Shown one piece after another: positions 54,248-64,000 of a stretch of 64,000 nucleotides of DNA. Origin of the DNA: Pecten maximus. Its lineage: Eukaryota. Each line of letters begins with the position of its first letter. The first letter of the stretch is position 1. The notes below the pieces were generated by a model. The model saw only the letters and a program-made list of their open reading frames with translations, did not search any database and was not told the origin of the DNA. The DNA lies in contig NC_047021.1 in NCBI RefSeq assembly GCF_902652985.1, forward strand, positions 16,678,001-16,742,000. The letters are read 5' to 3'. A program made the position numbers and the translations under genes.

Positions 54248-55168
54248 TAGCGGAGTTTTTCCTCTACCTTTTTAAGGTTAGGGAACTAGCGCCTAGCACC
54301 ATTCGAGGCTATCGTTCAGCCTTAGCCAATGTATTTTCTTTTCGGGGTCGTTCAGATGTTGGAACATGTTCCACTCTCTCTAATCTCCTCAGGTCTTTTT
54401 CGTTGGAGAAGCCTAAGGTAAGAATCTTGACACCCCAGTGGGACTTGGCTTTAGTTTTGGACTCTCTTACAAGGTCTCCTTATGAGCCTTTGGCTTCTGC
54501 TTCTGTTAAGTTCCTTTCTTGGAAGACTGTTTTCCTGATTGCACTTGCCTCAGGTAGGCGGAGAAGTGAAATACATGCTCTTTCTTCTTCTCCGTCATGT
54601 CTCAGGTGGTCACGAAACTATTCCCTAGTGACCCTTCTCACTGACCCCTCCTTCTTGGCGAAAAACCAGGTTCCCAATTTTTCACCAGATCCTATTAAGA
54701 TTCCTGCCTTAAAGGCTGTCTCTGGTCCCAATGATCAGGATCTGCTACTTTGTCCTTGTAGGGCTTTGAAGTTTTATCTTGATAAAACTAAGGGGGGGGG
54801 GGGGGGGGGGGCGGCAGGGTCCTAGACCTCGTCTGTTCTTGTCCATCAAGGTAAAGCAGTCTGATATATCTTCTCAGACTATTTCCAGGTGGATCTGTGA
54901 AACTATTCAGAAAGCCTATGAGGGGTCTACTGCAGAGACTCGTGACAGTGTTCGGGTTAGGGCACATGAAGTTAGGGCTCTATCTGCCTCTTGGGCTTTT
55001 CTCAATGGAACCTCATATGATGAGGTCATGGCATCTGCCTTTTGGCGAGGCCGCAACACCTTTGCAGACTTCTATCTGCGGTCGCTGTCCTCCCATGCAG
55101 ATGGGTTATATTCTCTGGGTCCTCTTGTCACTGCTCAGTCAGTCACTTGTCCCCCAGTCAATCCTTAG
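52144..55168 (+). CDS. DIRS tyrosine recombinase, long ORF overlapping RT, one frameshift at a G20 run
   Basis: SAM-like N domain (YESRWSVFCSWC, LAPSTIRGYRSAL); catalytic R (ASGRRRSE), K (FLAKNQ), LCPCRALKFY; after G20 (54792-54811) HEVR, W (AFWRG), Y (TFADFYL). Confidence 0.93.
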
Positions 55169-56269
55169 GGAGGTTCCATTGCGGTTTCTGTTTTTAAAGA
55201 GTTTTATTGTAAATATCCCAGACCCTTAAGGAGTTTTTAACTGATGTCTTTGTTGCGGTCTTTTCAAGAGGTCATTGTCCTCGGAGACTCCTCTACGGTA
55301 AGACAAATTCGCTATTATCTATATGGTGGTGAGCTATTATTGAAATAAACTTGAGGTTTTTGTAGTAAAACCAATGTTTATGATATAATACTCACCACCA
55401 TATACTAGAGTTCCCACCCTCCTCCCCTCGTCTCCTCATCCAATTTATTTGGTTGCGGAAGTGAGGTTTTGGGTCATGCGCGGTGCGTTCGTATCGGGCA
55501 TTAAGGGTCCTCTCACGGGATATTTATTTTCATTTTTGTTATGCAAATTATGGGCTGCCGGAGGCGATACGCTATTATCTATATGGTGGTGAGTATTATA
55601 TCATAAACATTGGTTTTACTACAAAAACCTCAAATTTATGGTAGATAAAGATATTTTAATCGCGGAATTACTTTGGTTAGTTGTCTTGGTAAAGACTGGT
55701 CGTAGATGGTAGGCTGTATTCAAGTGTTGAAACTGGTAGATACCAAGGTTTCTCCAGAGCCCAAAGATTTTGTTTATTACATATATATTTATATGATTTG
55801 AAGATGAAACCAATTTTATATTAGTATGTCCCGTTTGTTAAGAGTTGAGAATTTTTACATCAAGCGGTATTTTTATCGGCGGTTCTCTCTTTATATTCTA
55901 GTTACAAATGTAACTGAATTATTTACAAGTGAAATGTTAACACATTGAGGAAATTTCAGTAAATAACAATTAGTGTTCCGAAGTGACCGGTCGGTATCGG
56001 CTTTCATAGAGCCGTAGTAGTCATGAAACTAGGCGCGTCACTCCATAATCTCCATCGGCATTTCTGGAAAGCTTGTGCATTTCTTTGATATGTCAACGTG
56101 AGATAAAACAAAGGAGTATGTGTATGACTTTGTGCTATACAGAAAAAAAACTTCTGGATTACGCAATATAATGCAAGAACCTTTTAATGGAAAATTACGA
56201 TGTAGATGCATATACGGTCACTCACGTTTTCATGTATATCAACTATTACGACGCTGGCTTTGAATACAA

Positions 56270-56655
56270 GTGTTCGACTCTATGTTAAAGACAAAATAGC
56301 AATTGAGAGCATTCAGTGTAGATCTACCAAACGTGTACCATCACTTCGAGATAAATCATATCCAGAGAGGCTGTTATCACTTGGTTTACCAACTCTAGAA
56401 TACCGTCGCGAAAGGGCCGACATGCTGTAAGTGTTCAAAATTCTGAACAATATTGATGTTCTTGACCGGGAAAAATTATTTACCCTATGTGACTATAGAG
56501 CAACGAGAGGTCATTCGAAAAAGTTGTTCAAGAGACCCTGTAAGAAATATCTTGTGTCCAATTATTTCAGCAACCGAGTTATAAAGCCATGGAATGCTCT
56601 ACCTGAACATGTAGTCTCAACCCCCAGTGCCAATTGCTTCAAGGATAGATTTGAC
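56270..56655 (+). mobile_element. CR1 LINE 3' fragment
   Basis: IESIQCRSTKRVPSLRDKSYPERLLSLGLPTLEYRRERADML*VFKIL..TRGHSKKL..FSNRVIKPWNALP. Confidence 0.9.
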
Positions 56656-56957
56656 ATAAATTGTGTTTTTAATTCAAAGAAAAGTTCTACACCAGGAATT
56701 GTCAAGATACATATATATCAAGTGTAAATAGTATGTGTAAATAAGTGCACATTATTTTAAGTGTACAAAATGTGCATTACCATATGTATATCTATTTAGT
56801 GAAGAAACAACCAATCCGAAGTCGCTAACCTTCTATTTGACAAACCTCATTCTGTAATGACATGGCGATAATACATCACACAAGCTATTTAAGGCTTACA
56901 TCGATGTCATACTGTGATTACTGTAATTCTACTTTTTGTGTGATGATAATGATAATA

Positions 56958-56958
<1 letters not shown>

Positions 56959-56996
<38 letters not shown>

Positions 56997-56997
56997 G
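56959..56997. repeat. (TTG)n microsatellite
   Basis: About 13 perfect units. Confidence 0.95.
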
Positions 56998-58577
56998 ACG
57001 CTTGCTTTTCCGGAACAACTTATTCATATCTTGCCTTTGGCCTGGGTATATAATGAAACATGTAAGGGCAGTTGAATTGTTCATGCATTATTTGTGTACA
57101 AAGTAAGGGACTAAAAGCGCATTTAATCCCATATTTTCATAAAAATTAAAATGTCAGTGTATCCGTTATTTATCATAATATTATTTTTATTTATTTATTT
57201 TGCTCACTATAGCGGCACCTTTGTATGTAGTTGTAATAGTACTTTAGACATACCTTGTAGAAACTTACAGAATAAGGAACATGCTCCGGATAGGATTTCG
57301 TAATGCCAGATTTTTAATGCTATAATGTAGTTATACAGGCTCCTATTGACTGAAATAGTTCTAGGAGTGAAAAGTGCAGATAGTCACTTCCATGTTTTGT
57401 ATTCGTTTCAGCACTATAAAATCTCATGCTAAGGTATCATTAAGATACCGTCATTTTATCAGGCTATTTTCCTCTGTGATAACATCCTGTATAAGTACGG
57501 TGTTATAACGAGGACCGTCCACTATATGGATTTATCTCCTATTGTCGCTTTATCAAACGTTCTCTTCAAAACAAATACTTTCTGACATATTTTAAAAGTT
57601 AAGCACTTAACGATTGATTTCTGATTATGATGGAAACAGTGGATTTCACAGAACAGCTCTATGTATACATGTATGTCCAAATATAAGTATAATTCTAAAC
57701 AATGAGTAATGTGTCAAATCGAGCCATTGGCAGGGTAAATAGGTAAAGAGCGACAACAAATGTATATGAATTGAATATGTTTATAACAACAAGAAATGTA
57801 TCTATGTATTGATATGTAAAGAAAAATAACTATATATGTGTGAGTGTGTGTATTCATCACAGTTCAACTACGACAGGAAATTCAAATCTTTACCTTCGGA
57901 TAAACAACAAAAAGCACATATGATACATTGTGCTAATAATTACATATATATAGCATAGTAACACGTATGACGAATGAAGACAACTTAAGGACTCGTGCCC
58001 TGGCCGGGTTTCGAACTAACGATCTATGGCACCCAATCGCCCAGCCAAAATACCCGCAACTTATACCGCTGCGCCACATCCACAATCTCATAAAATGTTT
58101 CAATGGCGCAGTGGTGGTCGGCACGATATCCTAACATGATCACAGTGACGAATCGGCTATTAGATGATATATGGTAATGCCTGGGACCGCAATGTATATA
58201 CCTACATGGATTCGAATTGTACACATATTATAAATATTCATCCCAGTACAACCACAAATTAAAATGAGTCATTAAATTGTCTTCCTTCATCATTTGTATT
58301 GCTAGTCTAAGGTACCAATATCATTGCGCTGTGTCTGAGTTCAATCATTTGACATGAGAAGACCCTTTATAAGTGAATGACAAATTGTTCAGCGGGCTTA
58401 ATTTTAAACATTCCATATCACAAGTGACGTGTCATCAAGTTTCTTTTTTTTTCATTTAAGATATTTGTATCATATTTAGGCGCGGAGGACAAGGCTACGC
58501 TTTGCGACTCCTTGTTTTATCATACTATAAGTTAAAGCTTGATGTAGACTCCAGTAATGTACGTGTGTGTTTCACTT

Positions 58578-58845
58578 GAAAAGGCACAACTAGGGCACTG
58601 ACCTAATGTATATAGGAAGTTTTGGTAAGCTGGAGTAATTCTGTGTTTTTGACTATGTTTCTATGTGGCAACAGAAATAAATAGATAATTAAATAAATAA
58701 ATAAAATGTCGTCGATATCAAAGGCACAACTAGGGACCTAACCTGATATATACAGACAGTACGGTTTTGAAGTTACATCCCTGAAAAAATATTAGGACGG
58801 ACGGACGAACGACGCACAGGCGGACGGACGGACGGACGGAACCCA
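58578..58845 (+). repeat. HINE-like remnant with (GGAC)n
   Basis: Two AAAGGCACAACTAGGG cores (58580, 58721) followed by (GACG)n. Confidence 0.5.
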
Positions 58846-59233
58846 ATTAAATAATAAGTGATTTTTTTTGACATTTTTATCACTGTTTGACCATAATTTC
58901 GACTTGAATGGTAAACGTTCCATCAACACAACAATCAACGGACGTCATACGCATACCGTTATATGCATACAAATGTATATTTACCATTGTATGGCACTGC
59001 CACTATATAACCCTACCAATTCAGTTGCGAGTTCACCAGCTTATGAACTGCCAACTGAAATTTGAATTTAAAAATTTAAAAAAAAAAATCGCACGACAAA
59101 TAAAAAAATCGCATATGGTAAATATAAGAGCGCGCTTCATGTTGAATTTGCCTCTGTCCAGTTGGCATTCATATTGACTATGAATGCCAACTGAAAGCCG
59201 TTCAATGCTTAAATGACAGTACGTATTGACCAA

Positions 59234-59320
59234 AGGTGCCTGACTCGTTTTTATAAAATAATAGCATATAGAGTACATGTACTCTATATGTTATTATTTT
59301 ATAAAACGAGTCAGGCACCT
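59234..59320. repeat. Near-perfect 87-bp palindrome
   Basis: AGGTGCCTGACTCG..GAGTACA|TGTACTC..CGAGTCAGGCACCT; no loop, one mismatch and one 1-nt indel. Confidence 0.92.
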
Positions 59321-59339
59321 GTGTATACACGTATACGCT

Positions 59340-59452
59340 AGCAACTACTTTCCGGATCTACGCAGCTACCACTGTCAGCTATTAGAATGTACACCTTTAC
59401 TTCCGGTATATTGATGGCGGAATTTTTAACTTCAAGTTCTGTGTGTCATCAG
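59340..59452 (+). promoter_or_regulatory. Putative housekeeping promoter / 5' exon of the downstream gene
   Basis: ETS-like TTCCGG motifs (ACTTCCGGT at ~59399), YY1-like GATGGCGG, followed by a CAG|GTAATA donor. Confidence 0.4.
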
Positions 59453-59946
59453 GTAATAGTTTTGAAAACTTAAGGACATATATCTGTCAATTATATATAT
59501 TTATCTATGTTTATATCGTGTTAAATTTGAAATTGATTTGAATTCAACTATTACATTGCTGTGGATTAAATGTAATTTGACTGACATTCCAGGAAATGTC
59601 ATAATTCGAATTCGATGCGTCTCGGCCTGTCTCACGACAGGATGATGGTTGTGAGTTTCAACCGCCCGTATCCTACGTATACTCTCGTCGTTTTCTGTTT
59701 TTGTCCATGGTCATGAATCAATATATGGGTATTCTCATTGGCTTGATAAACATGCTTCTCGGTGTGTGTGTGGTGGTGGTGGTGGCTCTATCTCCGACAA
59801 TACTTGTTATAATTTAGTTTGCTGGTCATGGGTTTATCGACACAATCACGACAGCACTGACCAGCCAATGACTCAGCTTCCCATAGTGCAAGCCAATACG
59901 AGTAGCTATATAGGGAGCCAAAAACCGCGGATCTTCACCTGAGGTC

Positions 59947-60161
59947 CACAGGTACTTGTGGACATGATTATGATGTTTCTAATTCAAATGTTTCATTATA
60001 GACGAGTAAATTATTGTATTACAATCGCATGCTTAATTTCTAAAAAAAAATATCGTACCTCGGCCTTATAAATAAGCATGCGATTGTAATACAATAATTT
60101 ACTCGTCTATAATGAAACATTTGAATTAGAAACATCATAATCATGTCCACAAGTACCTGTG
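59947..60161. repeat. Fold-back element with perfect 89-bp arms and 37-bp loop
   Basis: 59947-60035 is the reverse complement of 60073-60161. Confidence 0.93.
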
Positions 60162-60708
60162 TCATATATATGGCCCCCTAGCAAATCTAACACATCTACC
60201 GTTTACTTCTTTTCCAATACCTCCAATGCACATATAAAATATTATTTAATCAATTACAATTTTAATTTTGGAGATGTTTAATTCCTTTGAAAGTTTTTTT
60301 TTTTTTTATTATTATTATTTCTGATATTTCATAGGCCTTTCCAAAATTCTTTTATCTGCAGGCAGCCTGATAGTAATCTTATATCAAATTTATAAAAGGC
60401 TGACAAAATATCAGAAACCTTAGTATAACCAATAATGTTTGACACTAAAATCAGTAAAACTTCTTTACTTTTAAAATCCAACTAATCCTTGAGATACTTG
60501 GTTTAAGGGTATTGCGCATGTCATACTGTTCGGAAAATAATAATCTATAAGCTAGCCCCCTTCCATTTCTTTTGGAACCAGGCCTATATTCTGTAATAAG
60601 CCTCCTCCCAGGTAGTTCATGAAAAGGAAGAATAGTAATTTGTATTTTTTTTTCTGTGTGATAAATTGAACATATGTGCAATCTCCCCATAGTTATTGGA
60701 TATTAAAT

Positions 60709-61083
60709 TGTAACAGGAGAAGGAGAAAATGTAGCAGCCAGACTGGGTTCGAACCAGGGACCCTCCGAACTTGAGACGGACACTCTACCACTGAGCTACC
60801 TGGCCGCCGATGATTGACCAAGTCCAGTTCCGCTACATTCCTTCCTCCTTTTTTTCAAGACTTCGTCCCCGAAGACCACAAAGTTCAGATATCACCTTGC
60901 TAAGCAACTCCCAATGCTTTAAACAAGGGTAGGCAATGCAAGCTAACCAATTATGTAAAAGGAGAAGGAGAAAATGAAGCAGCCATACTGGGGTTCGAAC
61001 CCGGGACCCTCCGAACTCTAGGCAGACACTCTACCACTGAGCTACCTTGTCGCCGATGATTGACCCAGTCCAGTTCCGCTAGA
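60709..61083 (-). mobile_element. TRIM (mini non-autonomous LTR retrotransposon) with tRNA-like sequence in each LTR, Ajax-like
   Basis: Direct repeats 60709-60837 and 60954-61083, minus strand TGTAG...TTACA (5' copy TCTAG). Each contains TAGCTCAGTGGTAGAG (A box) and GGTTCGAACCC (B box). 116-bp interior with TGG-initial PBS-like tract and polypurine tract AAAAAAAGGAGGAAGGAA abutting the 3' LTR. Confidence 0.8.
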
Positions 61084-61124
61084 ACATAATATACATCCCC
61101 AGGGGTCTATAGAATATTATTCAT

Positions 61125-61308
61125 GGGGCCGTGGTGGTCGAAACCCATGTGGAGAGCTAGCAGTTGCCTGGTACTGACCATAGGCTGCCGCTGGTGGTTT
61201 TTCTCTGGGTACTCCGGTTTTTCTCCACCTCCAAAACCAGGCACGTCCTTAAATGACCCTGGCTGTTAATTACATCATAAGACATTAAGCAAAATAAACC
61301 AAACAAAA
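61125..61308 (+). mobile_element. V-domain-type SINE, partially deleted
   Basis: GGGGCCGTGGTGG head, GGTTTTTCTCTGGGTACTCCGGTTTTTCTCC core, CCTTAAATGACCCTGGCTGTTAAT..AAAATAAACCAAAC tail. Confidence 0.65.
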
Positions 61309-61473
61309 TCAAGCTTTATTAAATACTTATAAAATATATTATTCATTATTGTTGTAGGGGACTAACCATTAACATAAACTGCTGTTTGAAATGGACCTGG
61401 TGCAACAAGAAACAGAAATGATTTAACTTGAAGTTGAGAATATAAGTGTTATTGAGAAGGAATAATTGGGAAG

Positions 61474-63336
61474 ATGACATCCACCCGACGTGATGATTTG
61501 GATTTGGCTGTGGTGTTACAGAAATGGGCCACGGAAGAGATGCGTTTTCGTCCACAGGGTGTAGGTGTCCGCCAGCCTACTGCAGATGACTTTAAGGAGT
61601 AAGAAATTGAATATATATTATGTATGCTCACACTAGTCTTTTGATACATCGTAAAGAGGTTAATCCTTCAGTTTTAAAATTAATTATTTGAGGTACGATT
61701 ACTGTATGACCATTCAGTGCTGTACAGTGAATCTGTGAAAGTAAAAGTATAATGAGGGATGTATAATAAAAGTTAAAACAGTCAAATATTTATCATAGTC
61801 AAAGGTTAGTTGTAAATCATGTATTATTCTAATATTGTTCTCCTAGCTCGATTTTGATGAAAAAGTAAACACTTGATTGCAAGTGGAAAAATAGTTTACC
61901 GGTATCATTATTTCTGAAAACATTTTTTTAAAGGGAAATAACTACTGTACAGCAAATGATCTCCCTTGTAAATGAAAAGAAAAATAAATTATGTAAATAA
62001 ATGATCTCCCTTTAATTAATTGTTATCAGTCTTGCGGATCCCGGTGCGTGTGAAAAAAATGGCACTGCAGGTTCCTCCATAGTAAGATCTGAAGCCATGG
62101 TGAACTCTGTAACTATTGAAATAATCAAAACTTTTGGAACTGTTAATTTCACTTAAAAGTGTAACATATTTTAATAAATTTCGAGTGTTTTTAGGTCTAG
62201 TAATTGGCTAGAAATGAACTTAATTGTCTGTGTTGCCCAACATCAAACATGGCATTCCGAGCCCTAATTCATGAGCAACAAAACTCTGACATACAATTCA
62301 AATTCATTTCTAAAATAAGAAAATATGAGAATAATTATGATTAGGTAACAGACAGCTGCATTTTCCTGTCTGTGTAGGAAGCATTAGGCCATTCAATGCA
62401 TGACATTGCATTAACAACATGTGATATACTGAAATTGAAACTAGAAAAGTCACATCTGATATGGGGATGATAACATATTTATATAAAATTAAAGAAAAAA
62501 AGAAAACAAAAACATACTATAATACATCTGATAATTGTGCTTGATGATATCTTCATTTTTTTTTAATTCAGTTAGAAAAAGTTAAAAAAACATCTAAATA
62601 CATAACATACAGTAGAAAAACATTTTTAGTATGAAAAAAATAATGAACCTTGGTCATATGAGCATAAGACTGTGGTGCTTTATGATGAGGAGGATCGTAA
62701 TAACTAATAAAGCATGTAAGAATAAGTATTTAATCTAATAGTAAACACATTCTAAAAGGAAGGGCCAAATTATTTATCAGAAATAACTGTAGCATATTTA
62801 AAAAGCAACTAAAAAGATAACTTGAGGCAATATATTTTATAATATGAAACATTTTATAAAAAAAAAAATGATATTCAGATCACCATAACATTAAACCTCA
62901 TTCACTATACATCTTCCATTACTTTATGATTTCTCATCCGATTCTCAACACTAAGTCAGAATCATTTGAACTAAATTTGTGTATATACAATGTATACTTA
63001 ATAGCTCATTATGAATAAGGATTTTAATGGTAATTTCATTAATTGTATATATAATGCATTTGTTTTTCTGTATATGAAAATTTTGTTTATACATATTCAT
63101 GAATGATATCTTATTTTCATATGAAAGTACTCCAAGTACCATTGTATTTAATCACTAGAAATTATGTAACAGAAGTCTAGAAAAAATATGTCTTTTTAAT
63201 TATTCCATTATCATGATCACGTACATGTATGTAACTACAGTATTTAACCATTAGCTTATTTGTTTCGTTTCAGCGTATGTCGTGGACAGATGAAAGACAT
63301 ATGGAAGTTTGTTACATCTCATGTTTACAGTGCACA
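61474..63336 (+). CDS. HAUS5: HAUS augmin-like complex subunit 5, first two coding exons (gene continues past the window)
   Basis: Exon 61474-61598 MTSTRRDDLDLAVVLQKWATEEMRFRPQGVGVRQPTADDFK (GA|GTAAG) + exon 63274-63336 (TTTCAG|) DVCRGQMKDIWKFVTSHVYSA (CA|GTAAGT). Matches the recalled HAUS5 N-terminal pattern L..WA.EEM..P...LC.G....IW.Y/F...HV.S. Confidence 0.8.
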
Positions 63337-63579
63337 GTAAGTCCTTTGTTTAGATGGAACTCAACCTTAAAATGTACACGTAGCTGTTCAGTGATCTCCA
63401 TTAATCTTTTTTCAGAAATCTTATATTGATTCTTAGAATTTTTAAAGTGTCTGTCAAAAAGCCAACAGAACACTGACTACAGTCTATGAGATGAAATCTA
63501 GCAATAATGGGCAGTGTTATGTAGGTGGTAAACCATTACCTAAAAAAATCTGTCAATGATGGCACAGAAAACATTGAAA

Positions 63580-63741
63580 CTGGTACAGGATGTACAATTG
63601 GTACAGGATGTACAGTTGGTACAGGATTTACAGTCGGTACAGGATGTACAGTTGGTACAGGATGTACAGTTGGTACAGGATGTACAATTGGTACAGGATG
63701 TACAGTCGGTACAGGATGTACAGTTGGTACAGGATGTACAT
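63580..63741. repeat. 18-bp minisatellite x9, intronic
   Basis: Unit TGGTACAGGATGTACAGT. Confidence 0.95.
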
Positions 63742-64000
63742 GAGTCAAGTCCAGAATTATATTGTGTGTGACAGCTCAATAACTTATCATACTGCATGTG
63801 GTTATTTTGAATGAATCATTGCAGAAGAGATATATACATGTAGACTGAAGATTATTACATGGTATAATTTAATATGCCCCGCTAAATATTGTATATATAT
63901 ATATGAGACTCTTCAAAATAAGGAAAATACTAAATGTTTTTTCTAGCAAAGTTCTAATTTTTCAAATACATTGATTTCTAGGAGTAGTAATAATATCTTT

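Larger units (their letters stand above)
48997..55637 (+). mobile_element. Full-length DIRS1-type tyrosine-recombinase retrotransposon
   Basis: Left ITR ~48998-49152; right ITR + extension 55455-55637; internal complementary region 55310-55404 complementary to both termini; TTT at both ends; no TSD; gag, RT-RNaseH-MT and YR ORFs. Confidence 0.97.

Noticed and set aside
60720-61055. Two tRNA genes
   Set aside because: Anticodon arms differ and are imperfect; both lie within LTR-like direct repeats of a TRIM.
59414-63336. Alternative reading MAEFLTSSSVCHQ joined in phase 0 to the 63274 exon
   Set aside because: The other frame of that exon matches HAUS5 and joins exon 61474-61598; the 59.4-kb exon is more likely 5' UTR/uORF.
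63525-63814. Repetitive CTN/TVG peptide ORFs resembling antifreeze proteins
   Set aside because: An 18-bp intronic minisatellite open in most frames; no signal peptide or splice support.

Overview
AT-rich animal genomic DNA, not prokaryotic. The repeat families suggest a bivalve mollusc, possibly a scallop (inference). The left 42 kb holds a tandem cluster of spliced, intact-looking single-pass membrane protein genes that the ORF track shows only as fragments. Three genes encode signal peptide + C-type lectin domain + Thr-rich mucin stalk + a conserved membrane-proximal module (CxCxC, N-glycosylation site, helix, LSSTIRKRTSAxDPRPS) + TM, all with intron phases 1-2-1. A fourth gene has the same signal peptide and anchor but no lectin exons. 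The first exon of a fifth paralogue runs off the left edge. The cluster is filled with minisatellites, including an 8.2-kb 42-bp array with higher-order structure inside a lectin-domain intron. The right part holds CR1-type LINE debris, a structurally complete DIRS tyrosine-recombinase retrotransposon (ITRs + ICR), fold-back palindromes, a 375-bp TRIM with tRNA-like LTRs (Ajax-like), and the first two coding exons of HAUS5. One ~500-bp stretch (32.0-32.5 kb) looks like an assembly consensus artefact.
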